Positions 39,581 to 51,130 of a DNA stretch of 59,134 bases are shown piece by piece. The notes under the pieces were generated by a model. That model was not told the DNA's origin. It searched no databases and saw only the letters and a list, made by a program, of their open reading frames with translations. A program made the position numbers and the translations under genes. Position 1 is the stretch's first letter; each line of letters starts with the position of its first letter. Origin of the DNA: Octopus bimaculoides (Eukaryota); contig NC_068988.1 of assembly GCF_001194135.2 (NCBI RefSeq), forward strand, positions 12,610,794 to 12,669,927, in the 5' to 3' direction.

Positions 39581-40259
39581 TTATTATTATTATTATTAAG
39601 GTGGCAAACTGACAGAATTGTTAGCACTGTGGCCAAAATGCTTGGTGGTATTTTGTCTATCTTTACATTGTGAGTTCAAATTCTGCCAAGGTCAACTTTG
39701 CCTTTCATCATTTCAGGGTCAATAAATTAAGTACCAGTGAAACACTGGGATCAATGTAATTGACTAGTCCCAAATTTCAGACCTTGTACCTTTAGTAGAA
39801 AGGATTATTATTGTTATTATTATTATTAAGAAGGTAGCAAGCTGGCAGAATTGAGAGGAATTCTTTGGGGTTTGAATAACTCACCTCTGGAAACAATAGT
39901 ATTAAGGGTTAATTAGTGCTTGTTCAATACTTAAGAATATTCTAGGATTCTATGCCCGCAATTTTCATTCTAGTTCACTTTTTCTAAGCAACACTTCTAT
40001 TATAATTAACAATATTTATCTTTATAATTGAAAAAAATTATACCATTGTAAATATTTTTAAAATACACATTTTGTTCAAACTTCGACAAAAAATGAATAT
40101 ATTTTTAAGCAATTTTTATTATAAAATAATGTTATATTCTAATTAAATAATTAATAATTATATTTTTAATGAGTGAAATTTTATATTTTAATATGTTTTT
40201 AATATGTACATATTTTAATACGTAAGCAGGGTAATAAAAATTAATATGAAATCATAAAA

Positions 40260-40950
40260 TATCATTTTTTGTACTTAATATTTTTAGATGGGGTTTCCTC
40301 CAAAATATTCATCTCAGTGAACTCTTTCATTTGAGTTCCAAATATATTTTTCTCTTAAGAATACAAAAATATTTTGATTTCTTAAAATGATCACCTTTTT
40401 CTGTCACTTCAAACAACACAACTTTTTTATTGTAGCAAATATTTTTTGACAAGGTTTTAGCCATAAGATTCCTCTCAGAGCTCTTTCATCAGAAGTTAAT
40501 CTCAAATCCAGAATAGCTGTGAAAACAGCTAAGAAGACTGGCTAAGAAAATGGGGAAAAAGTTGGCTAGTAAGCTGCTACAAATATTGAACCCTATACTT
40601 CTGAAAAGCCACACAACATTCTTTGTAGCTAATATTTTTTGACTAGGTTTTCACCATAAGATTCATCTCAAAGAGCACTTCCATTTGAACACGACTATTG
40701 TATAGTTAGTTGTATTTGACAAAAGATGAGCTATTTTGAGTTAAAGTCAATTTTGGGACTTACCATTTTTAAAGCCACACTACATTTTTTGTTGCTAATT
40801 AATACTTTTTAATGAGGTTTCTATCAGCAGATTCTGCTAAATGAGCACATTCCTTTAAACCCAATTAATCAACACTTTTCTTTTAATATAACTGAGATAC
40901 TTTGATTCAAAGTCAATTTTTCACCTTATTTTTTTTCCCATTTTTGACCT
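40260..40950. repeat. Four highly diverged tandem units of ~165-190 bp
   Basis: A recurrent block resembling TTTGTAGCTAATATTTTTTGACTAGGTTTTCACCATAAGATTCATCTCA..GAGC.CTTTCATTTGA starts at ~40266, 40431, 40622 and 40788. Confidence 0.6.
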
Positions 40951-42169
40951 AACTTTTTTGTTAATGAACCAAATTTTTTTTTTTTTTTTTTTCTCAAAAT
41001 GTAACTTAGGACTGGACTATCATTGCTAAAAAAAGACTATTCAATTTGGTTGAGAATTGAATTAGTAACAAAGTCTAGAAATGCATGCGAGTAAATAAAA
41101 GTTAACCTTAATATATTCATCCATTGCCATGGGTGAATGATGTTTATGTATGGTCATGTGTGTGTATGTTTGTATGTACCCTTTTCTGGGCATCAATGGT
41201 TGTAAGCAAGGATCATTATCATACAAACAAGGTTGTTTGTTTCCAGTTTTCTGTGAAAAGCATATTTGGCCATGGGGAAATATTACTTTGCTTGGAAACA
41301 GGTGAGGGTTGGCAACTGGAAAGGCATCCAGTTGTAGAAAATCTGCCTCAACAAATTCTGTCTGACCCATGCAAGCATGGAAAAGTAGACATTAAACGAT
41401 GATAATTCAGTTCCAGTATCAGAGAACAAGTCTTTTGAGTGTTGTTTTGCCCAGTGGACAAGAAAATAGCATATTATGGAGGAATATTCATAAAAGAGAT
41501 ATCAGGTAAGAAATTACCAGTGATGTTAATGCAGAGTCAAAGCTCAATGGTATGGTGCTTTACACCACCTGCCAATGTTACACTAACCCCATTCTTGTTA
41601 GGATTCCAGGTTTCAAGTAGACATGTGACTTCTAATGTAAAATGTAAGTCACTGGAGCAAAGAAAGGCATTTGACAGTTCACTTGTCCAATTTCTATCTC
41701 TTATGACCTAAGCAACATTTAATGTCTCATATGCACCAATGAGCTTCTAAAAACTAGTAACTGAGCTCCAGATTTGAATGTGAGTGGTAAATTTGAAAGT
41801 TTAAAGGAGGAAAAACATTTCTTTGATCCTTTATGTTAATGTGGTATGAGCAAAAAAAGAAAAAAACATGGATGTGTAAAAAAAAAAAAAGAAAAATTTA
41901 CATTTCTTTTTTTTTTTTTCATAGCTCAGAAAATAAAAGTAATCCCAGACAAATTCATATGAAGATTAACAATGATTTATGATGTGAACTTAAGAGTGAT
42001 CGCACAAGTAAAATATCTTGCCCAAAGTTACAAAACCCATGTCAAGGTATGAACTCGTAACCAACAGTTCTTTACCTTCCTCATTTATTCTTGTAGGTAA
42101 AAAAAATAACTTTCCAATTATCAACAGCCGAGTCTTTTAATATACTAAACTATTAGTAAATAAACTAGT

Positions 42170-42330
42170 AAACGATCACACGATTTCTCACCCTACTTCT
42201 CAGTGAGGGAGTGACAGCTATTATTCTGAAAGGCTGCCAATCAACTATTACACCTGTCTCGTGAGTCAAATAGTTTATTTAACTAATCAGTTAGTACAAA
42301 ACAAAAAAAATGGCTGACAATAGTAGGAAA
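42170..42330 (-). promoter_or_regulatory. Candidate promoter / non-coding first exon of the HIAT1-like gene
   Basis: Repeat-poor stretch with a YY1-like AAAATGGC motif (42307-42314), CCAAT (42237-42241), several CpGs and a minus-strand donor AGG|gtgaga (exon end 42192). Motif-based inference only. Confidence 0.3.
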
Positions 42331-43303
42331 GTACCAAAACGAATATCTTTAAAAAAAAACCAAGATAGGTATACTCCACATGAACCCATAGGTATATTCC
42401 ACATGAACCATGTTAAATCACAAAATATTATGCCAATGATCTACCTATATGCATTATCCCTCACATGAAATACAGTTAAAAAACAGTTAAAAAGTTTTTA
42501 AAAGTAGCCACAAAAAGCATAATGGAGAATGTGAGTGGCGTTTAGTGAGCAAAAATATAATTAATTAAAAGTCAGTAAAATCAGCAAAGAAACAAGTTCT
42601 ATTCCACAGAATTCTGGCAAAAAAAGATTAACCTTTGCATCGTCATATTCAATAGATTTCATTTCAAAATTCTTTGAGCCTGTCGGTTCATTTTTTTTCA
42701 GTAGCTGCATTAAGAAAATATAATAAAAACAAACAAACAAAACAAAAATGAACAAATAAATTAATTAAAAGACAATGTAAAAAACTTTTCAAAAGCTTAT
42801 GTTTGTGAATGGTAACTCAGTCGCCTGCAATATTCATAATCAACTACTACACCACAAGCTTCACCACATTCTATTTACATATTTTAGTTCAGTGATCCAA
42901 TGAATAGCAGACAAGCTAGTTGTATTTTCCATCTGAGAACAATACACAACAATCAATTTTCCTGCCTAGTTTCATAGCCATATAAGTCTAGATTTTAAAT
43001 TACATTTATAAATGACATTTATAAACATATTGAGTTACATAATGTGTTTCGATGGAATAGTCTGGCAAATTATTTGTTGGCAATAGTTCCAACAGACATG
43101 TACCTACATTTGAGGGGTTAAATACTTCTAGAACATATTGAGAATGTTCTGTGAATGAGAGTGTGTGTGTGTGTGTATGGTAAGGATTTTGCTTCCCGAC
43201 TGCATGGTTTCGGTTTCACTGTGTGGCACCTCAGTCTTTGGCCCCAGGCTGACCAAAGCCTCATGAGTGGATCTGGTAGATGGAAACTGAAACCCATCAT
43301 ATA

Positions 43304-44255
43304 CCGGGTGGGGCAGAGAGGGCGGACATTTTTGAAATGGCTATTACTCAGCCCCAGGGTGAGGGACATATGTCCGACAGGTACCATTCGGTCCATGGTG
43401 TCTTAGCAATTTTTTTTATTTTCAGGTGAAGCCATGGCGCAGTAGATAATAGAGCATCGTGTGTTTGCCTACAACAGTTATATAAACAATAATGAGTCTG
43501 TCACAGTAGTTCAGAGTGAGTTTTGGCACCACTTCAACATTCACCAAAATGAGGCTGTTCCCACCAGTTACACAATCTTACGTTGGGTGAATGCACTTCA
43601 TAAATGAAGTACACTAATGAACAGGAGACTGGTGGGGGTGCCACGAACGGTATGGACCCCAGAAAATGTGGAACGCATCAGACAAGCTTAGATATGGAGT
43701 CCGAATCGTTCTGCTTGGAGGCATTCCAATGAACTTGGCATTGGTAATCAATCAATAAGGCATATTTTGCATGAAAACCTGCATTTCCACCTGTATAAAT
43801 TGGTCATTGGGCAGCAGTTGAAACCATGGGACTATGCACAGCGGCCGAACTTCACACGTCAGATGGAAGCAATTTTTGAGGCAAATGACAACCTCATTTT
43901 GTTAATGAGTGCTGAAGCTCATTTTCATCTCAATGGCATGGTGAATCAACAGAAGTGTCATTATTGGGCTCTTGAAAATCCGAGAGAACTACACGAAAGA
44001 CCACTGCACAACCCAAAAGTGACTGTCTGGTGTGTTGTTGGAAAAGCTGCCATCATTGGTCCTTACTTTTTTGAAGATAATAATGGAAATGTTGTTATTG
44101 TGACCTCCAAGCGTTACATCGAGATGATAAACAACTTCAAAAACATATGTCTCTTCAAAGTGTGTGGTTTCAGCAGGGTGGGGCGACAGTCCACACAGCC
44201 AGAGCATCAATGGATATGCTTCACCCTCTCTTCAGTGACCGCCTCATTTCCACCA
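43304..44255 (+). mobile_element. Degenerate Tc1/mariner-superfamily transposon (rosa/DD41D-like), internally deleted, 3' end missing
   Basis: Begins TA|CCGGGTG. ATG at 43434, then an HTH region with stops, LMSAEAHFHLNGMVN (SDEAHF motif), PLHNPKVTVWC, IIGPYFFE and a frameshifted FQQGGATVHTA. Subfamily assignment is from motif recall. Confidence 0.85.
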
Positions 44256-44852
44256 TGAAGTAGGTTATGAAGTGAAGTCTAACAACAATATGATAATAAA
44301 CTTAGCTCCTGTCACAGAAGCAACACAACAAAGAAGAAAATGTCTAATTATAGTGAATAATGGTCATCATCCAATGTAAACAATAATAAAAATCTGAATA
44401 TACATCAATATGACTTTGAATTATCAGGTGATATGCCGGTGAAAAATAAATTTACTACAGTATTTCACAGACCTGGATTAATGAGAGCATGTGATTGAAG
44501 TCATGAATTACAATGAAAGGACTGACAAATCAGTTGATTGATTGATTTATTGACCAAATTATTAATCAAGCAATCAATTAGTTAACTGGTTAATTGGTTA
44601 ACTAGTTGACTCGTAATAATTCTTTCTAATGTTGGCTCAAGTCCAGCAAGTTTGAGGGGAGGAAGAAGCAAATCAATTACATTGACCCCAATACTTGATT
44701 GGCCATTATTTTACCAGCTGTGAAAAGAGGAAATGCAAAGTTGGCCTTGACAGAATTTGAACTCAGTATGTAAAGAACTGGAGGAAATGCCACTAAGCAC
44801 TTCACCCAACACACAAACGTATCTGCTAAGTTACCACCTTATTTATTATTAT

Positions 44853-45173
44853 TACCTCCGCCTTAGCGAAAGAGGAGGTATTGCTTTCAGTTGTGTTTGT
44901 TTGTTTGTTTGTTTGACTGTGGACAAGATATCTCAAGAACTGCCAGATGGATTCGGATGAATCTTTCAGGGAATGGCACGAACTGATTAGATTTTGGGAT
45001 TGATCTGGTACCGGACAAGGGTTCCGGATCATTTTTCCTGCTTTTTTTACTTAATTTTTGAGAGCGATTGGGTTCATTTTTAGTATTCTCATTTTAAAAA
45101 TCATTTCAGGCTAATCATTGAGAGGACATTGGCGTTGCCTTGGCAGAGGTTTGCGCTCTCTGAGTGCTCTTGT
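44853..45173 (+). mobile_element. Non-autonomous Helentron-like (DINE-1/HINE-type) element
   Basis: 5' TACCTCCGCC...GGAGGTA inverted repeat, (GTTT)n microsatellite, core, 3' GGCAGAGGT subterminal repeat and a GCGCTCTCTGAGTGC hairpin. Confidence 0.75.
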
Positions 45174-45184
45174 TATTATTGAAG

Positions 45185-45620
45185 ACAGGCACTTTCCTAT
45201 CTGACCAAACACATCAATTTCTTCAAATATCATTTGAAGAAGAAAGGGAGGGAAGAGTGGGAGGTGCTGCATTCTAGAATGTTTATCAAAAGGTGGTCAA
45301 CACTGATGAGACTGAATGGATCTATTCAGGGTATACTTTTCTAAGAAGGAAGAAAGAAACTGGAAGAGGGCACTTCTCATACCTTGGGGATGGTAGAGTA
45401 ATCCAAGACATTTACATGGGGTTTACTCCAAATTACTCAAAGTGGATTGCTCCACTATTGGGGAATTCTTTTTATATATTTCTTAATTATTTATTTCTCT
45501 AACTTCTATTTATATATCTTTTGTCATATCCTTTAATATTGCAGTGTCACCCTTTGATTGATGTAAACTCCACCTGTTTTGTGTGTTACATCTTGTCCTC
45601 CATGTCTTGGGCCCTTGCAA
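45185..45620 (+). mobile_element. Old LINE 3' end (Tx1/L1-like ORF2 C-terminus plus UTR)
   Basis: INFFKYHLKKKGREEWEVLHSRMFIKRW resembles Tx1-type ORF2 ends (from recall); the segment ends in AATAAAAG followed by (TTA)n. Confidence 0.4.
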
Positions 45621-45660
45621 CCAATAAAAGAAATTGTTATTATTATTATTATTATTATTG

Positions 45661-46125
45661 AGTGAGAGAGCAATTCATGCCATCAAAGTGACAGTGGGGC
45701 ATGAATATATGAAATTCAATATACCCACCATGACTACCTGTCTGATAAGGGTACACCAGGCACATTCATCACAACCATATGTACATGACATGGTGATCTC
45801 ATATCAAGATAAACAGCACATGCTCTTGCAAATGGGGTCCAGAATTTTCTTCAGGTCGAGTAACCCATCCCGCTCAATAGGTCCCTGAATAAAGTTTAAG
45901 AATGATGAATGAAACACCTATGTTTCCAGATGTGAATTATTCAAACCCCAAAGAATTCCTCTCAACACATGGCTATGATATTCCCTCGACTACTCCTGAG
46001 TATGATCAGAGGTGCATATATCATCAACCACTAAGGGATGTGCTCAATTGGTGAAGGTCAAGCAACTGACAGGCAAATCCGTGGCATTGAGCAGAATATT
46101 TGCTGTGGCCCATCGTTTATACCAA
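45661..46125 (-). repeat. Dispersed repeat family G, flanked by (TAA)n
   Basis: Reverse complement matches 3443-3690(+) (internally deleted copy; GATGGGCTACAGCAAATATTCT) and a fragment at ~39851-39895. Confidence 0.7.
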
Positions 46126-46615
46126 TTATCATTATTAGTTCAATAATAGTAATAATAATAAAGTGAAGTAGAACCACTGCATGTGTTTTCTTATTGGCAA
46201 AATGACCCTCCCAAGACACAACAACATCTGTTTCAACACATGGTTTCACATCAAGAATCATGCAAAACAAATGCAAAAATGAAATATTATGTCATAATGT
46301 TCAAAGAATCACTACTCTGACTTTACAAACCAATCGACATGGAACAAACAACAAGACTATACATTAACATTGATTGACTACTGAAAACCTTTCAGCCTAC
46401 GCCAAAACAGATCAATACAAGTAGAAGAAACCAGAACTAGATAAAAGTGTAACATTAATAAATAACTGTTTTCTTCATATTTTTCTGTTATTTTTTTTCT
46501 CTTAAATCAATTTTAATATTTTATCTTTCTCCTTCATATTTATTTTCTCTTTGTGAAAATAGTATAGATAAACAAACAACTGTTAATATGAATAAAGCTC
46601 TCTTCCGATACAAAT

Positions 46616-46648
<33 letters not shown>

Positions 46649-46774
46649 GGTGTGGCTTTGTAGTTAAGCTAGCTTACCCAACCATGTGGTCTTTGGTTCA
46701 GTCCCTCAATGCGGCCCCTTGGGCAAAGCCTTGTGAATGGATTAGGTAGACAGAAACTGTAAGAAAGGAAGGCA

Positions 46775-47000
46775 AGCTGGCAGAAATGTTAGGACGCCAT
46801 GCGAAATGCTTAGCGGTATTTCATCTACCGTTACATTCTGAGTTCAAATTCCGTCGAGGTCGACTTTGCCTTTCATCCTTCCAGGGTCGATAATTTAAGT
46901 ATCAGTTACGCACTGGGGTCAATGTAATCGACTTAATCCCTTTGTCTGTCCTTGTTTGTCCCCTCTATGTTTAGCCCCTTGTGGGCAATAAAGAAATAAA
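46775..47000 (+). mobile_element. tRNA-derived SINE (family A), well preserved
   Basis: GCTGGCAGAAATGTTAG...GAGTTCAAATTCC (B-box)...GGGTCGATAATTTAAGT. More than 15 copies, e.g. 2712-2897, 5930-6200, 6345-6570, 7335-7540, 13725-13860, 16575-16770, 23475-23670, 28300-28500, 37280-37460, 39000-39140, 39600-39810, 44630-44840, 49712-49920. Confidence 0.85.
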
Positions 47001-47223
47001 AAAACTGTAAGAAACCCATTTTAATGAATGAATGTATATATAAAGCACCCATTACACTCTTGGAGTGGTTGGCATTAGGAAGGGCACCCAGCCATAGAAA
47101 CCATGCCAAATCAAACTGGAGTCTGGTGCAGCCCCTCAGCTTGCCAGCCCTGGTCAAACCATCTAACCCGTGCCCGCATGGACAACAGCCATTAAACGAT
47201 GACGATGATAATGATGATGATAT

Positions 47224-47981
47224 CAGGGCTGTGGAGTTGAAACAAAAAACTTTGACTCCATCTCCTCTCCTGTTGGCACCTCCGACTCTGACTTCAAGTG
47301 ACTCCTCTTTATGTAATTACGTGATTGTGGTCTACATATCTCATAAAGCATATGCACACGCTTGTACTTTGAGTAGGTCTATTATGTTATAACTGGGTTA
47401 TATTAAAGAATAAAGATATTGTGAGTTGGAGTCAGAGTCAACAGTTTTACTGACTTTGACTCCAGCTACCCCTTAATCCTTTAGCATTCAGATTATTCTA
47501 TCAAATTTAATACTTATTCATCCATGTGGCACGTAAAATGTGCAGGTGGCACGTAAAAAACACTATTTGAGCATGGCCGTTGCCAGTACCACCTGACTGG
47601 CCTTTGTGCCGGTGGCACGTAAAAGCACCCACTACACTCTCGGAGTGGTTGGCGTTAGGAAGGATATCCAGCTGCAGAAACTCTGCCAGATGCAGCCATC
47701 TGGTTCGCCAGTCCTCAGTCAAATAGTCCAACCCATGCTAGCATGGAAAGGGGACGTTAAACGGTGATGATGATGATGATTGTTTTAAGCTAATCATGCA
47801 TTATTTCGCAGCTTCAAGGTTTCAATGATGTTATCACCTATTTTTAGAATGACATTATAGGCTGGTGTGAGATACCAAATCTGGGCAGTTTTAACATAAA
47901 ACAGGGAGATCATTTAGGCCGGATATGGCCAGTTTAAACACTAAAGGGTTAATAGTTTCCGACTTCGACTCCACAGCCCTG
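47224..47981. mobile_element. hAT-type MITE with an 8-bp TSD, containing nested insertions
   Basis: TIRs CAGGGCTGTGGAGT and ACTCCACAGCCCTG, a perfect TSD GATGATAT (47216-47223 and 47982-47989), and subterminal GACTCC/GGAGTC motifs. Confidence 0.88.
47477..47948. mobile_element. piggyBac-type MITE (family 2) nested in the hAT MITE and interrupted by an RTE-tail element
   Basis: TTAA at 47473-47476 and 47949-47952; its two halves align with 57240-57459 on either side of an insertion at ~47526-47780. Confidence 0.82.
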
Positions 47982-48763
47982 GATGATATATAACCTGAGG
48001 CTATGGAAGACACTTGTCAAAGGTACCATGCAGTGGGACTGAACTCGGAACCATGTGATTGGGAAGCAAGTTTCTTAACACAAAGCCACACCTGCAAATT
48101 TTTATAAAGTTTGATTTATAAAAAAAAATAAAAACTTTTTTTAAAAAGTTAAATACCATAAGGAGGTTGAACATGCTTTCAAAACCTCTAAACCTTCCTC
48201 TAATTATGCCAGATTACCCGTACAGCCTGTATTTGTACATGCAACCATGCTGTGAAACCCATGATGGTGAAGGAAATATGATATAAAAAATTTTTTAAAG
48301 TAGTGTAAAAAAAAAAAACTAGTGTAACATGAACATCTATAGAATTGAGCGTGTTTGTTAGAATAGAATCTGCATTTCTTTAACTTAAAAATCAATGGCA
48401 CTTCTTCCAAAAGACATAAATGATATAGCAAAAGAAACCAGGTTTAAAAAGAACTTCTTCAAAGAAAAAGTCTGTTTACAAAATGAAGTAAAATATATAT
48501 AATGATTTAATTGACAAAGCCAAAAATGTTAATGAGAAAAATAATTTGCTTCTAAATAATGATTAATTTTAGTTATATATACTGTATTCATTCTTGTATA
48601 AGTCATACTTGCTAATTTAGAATTAAACATTGATACAACATACTTTCTCTTCATAGTTATAGCTTTGCCCTGCTTATAAAGTCACATCCCCAATCCAGTA
48701 TGAAATAGTATTACATATACCATGAATAAATATGGTATGTTACATATCTTTTATGCATTTATA

Positions 48764-48918
48764 CTATATGTAATAATAAGTTTCGCATTCCTTCATTCCA
48801 CACAGCTGACAATAAGTACCAGCAACAATTGTGGAGACCCTGCACCAGGTTGGTGACATGCTCAGGAGCTGAGTTGTCTTAAATGTCACAGAAAACCAGG
48901 ATATCCAGTCTAATAAGC
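48764..48918 (-). other. Orphan candidate exon, possibly terminal
   Basis: Acceptor ttttaagattacag|GCTTATTAG. GC-richer, non-repeat sequence, open in one frame (LLDWISWFSVTFKTTQLLSMSPTWCRVSTIVAGTYCQLCGMKECETYYYI*), followed leftward by a repeat-free AT-rich stretch resembling a 3' UTR. Confidence 0.25.
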
Positions 48919-50680
48919 CTGTAATCTTAAAATAGATCTTAAATTTACATACACATACATATGAGAAATTATGTATAAATAAACAAAAAACACACACGGT
49001 AATTAAGATCTCAATAACATGTTGTTAAACCCTACTATGTTATTACAATGCAGTAAATCCAGAAAGAAAAAGGTTGCATATATATATATGTATATAATTG
49101 GTTAAAATTATCCTTAACAGCAATGTATATTTAACATACGTGCATGTGTGGGTGTGTTGGAAACAGAGAATGAGTAAGCAAAATGTGGTATCACCTTAAA
49201 GTATTTAATTTATAATTTAAACAGTGCAGGGAAGTTGTAGCAAATATGTAAAGTCCCTTACAGCTGTTTCTAGAATAGCTGAGAAAATAGAGTAAATGTT
49301 ATTGAACAAAGATTTCTACTTAAGCTAACTATACCATCATCAGAAAGAAGGAAATAAAAAGTATCCTTAATCAAGGATATTAGTTACCAGTTCGTTGAAG
49401 AATTAAGGATTGTCCAACAATATTATTGGCTGGTAGTTCTTGTATCTACCTCACTTTTTCTTAAAAAATGGAATTAATAGTTTCTGTTATCATTGCTGCA
49501 TATACACTGTACCTGTTGCAATAAGATAACTTGAGCACCTGTTTTGCTGCATCAGCTCAAACACCGTAACACCTGATCCCTCGATAACACATTTACAGAC
49601 ATATTTGATGAAATTTTGAGTTGCAGAGCCCAAATTTGATGAGTGTGCACATTAAACGTTTTGACCAAGAGTGAGCAACAAGGGATTACTCTTCTGTTAT
49701 CAATGTCCTAAGGTGGCGAGTTGGCAGAAACGTTAGCACAACGGGCGAAATGCTTAGCGGTATTTCGCCTGTCTTTATGTTCTGAGTTCAAATTCCGCCA
49801 AAGTCAGCTTTGCCTTTCATCCTTTCAGGGTCAATAAATTAAGCACCAGGGGGGGGGGGGGTCAATATAATCAACTGGACCCCCTCCCCAAAAATTTCAG
49901 GCCTTATGCCTAGAATAGAAAAGAATGTCCTACTGCTTATAAAAGGAAGACTCTATTCTGTTGTGACTGTAATCTGGGCTCACATCCACAAAACTTGCCT
50001 TCCCATTTCAACTCTTTTAATATCCTGGACAACACAGTTCCACATAACACTGCATTAACCAACCACTCCTCCAGCACATGAAACCATACAAACCATACTA
50101 ACCCTGAAGTAGACATGTTTCTGAGTCTTTGCTTATCATCAGTCTGGAGTAGCATGACCTGCTAGTCTCCCCCTTAAGGACACAGGAAATGTGTCAAGGC
50201 TGACAGGAAGTGGTGCAGCTTCTTAGGTCTAACCAACAGTAGTATTATTCCCTTCAGGGGACTGTCACATTAAGTTGACAGCATACAACTACTTCAATGT
50301 ATCACTACTGCATAAATCTCTCTGAAAGATTTAGAAATGTATTATTTCTAAATTCATACTAACCCTGTTGATATATGTATCTGCATGTGTGTGTATGTAT
50401 GTATGTATATACTCTAATACATATATTGTAAACACGTTTTTTAAGGCATTGGATTGTGGCCATGCTGGGACACCACAAAAAAAGAGTTTAGTCAAGCAAG
50501 CCAACACCAGTATTTACTTTAAATCTGGTACTTATTCTATTGGTCTCTTTTGCCAAACTGCTAAGTTATGCGGTTGTAAACAAAGCAACACCAGTTGTTA
50601 AGCAGTGGTGAGACACAAATGCAATACATACAAACATATTTATACATATACATATAATTACAAACACACACACACACACT

Positions 50681-50720
<40 letters not shown>

Positions 50721-51043
50721 AACTGCTGCTATAAGAAATAACTTAACAGCTGTCAAGCCACTGTAGTATAGTCGATAATTACATGCTAGCTTTTAAACAG
50801 ACCTGCTTAGCTGAGTTTCATTCCCAGTAAATATAACATATGTCTCTTGTAGCATGACAAATGAAAATTAATTGAAGCAATTTAAGTCATAAAAAAAAAA
50901 CTTGCTAAAATCTGAAAATAAATAACAAGTTTCCTTTCTTTTTTTCTATTCATAAATTAATACCAAAATGGTAAAATCATAATTTCTCAAAACATATCTA
51001 ACCAGGCTTCTAATATAATTTTCTTTACAGCGATTCATCTCAC

Positions 51044-51130
51044 ATCATGTTTGTCACAAAGAACGAAGTAAAGACAGGACAAACCCATTTCCTCTCCACA
51101 ACGAACAAGCATGTTGCCAAGCAAAGCTGC
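51044..51130 (-). CDS. Orphan candidate exon (87 nt), gene unidentified
   Basis: ttctttttaaag|GCAGCT...CATGAT|gtgaga. Length is a multiple of 3 and the phase-0 frame is open: AALLGNMLVRCGEEMGLSCLYFVLCDKHD. No recognisable homology. Confidence 0.35.

Noticed and set aside
41455-41505. Plus-strand 51-nt AG/GT-bounded segment
   Set aside because: No partner exons or recognisable peptide; such matches are expected by chance in 59 kb.
45303-45340. CTGATGA followed by a CTGAAT/ATTCAG hairpin
   Set aside because: No GAAA follows, and it lies within an apparent LINE coding remnant.
51044-51130. Faint resemblance to proteasome-assembly-chaperone (PAC2-like) sequences
   Set aside because: The similarity is impressionistic and the exon phases do not fit; no gene name assigned.
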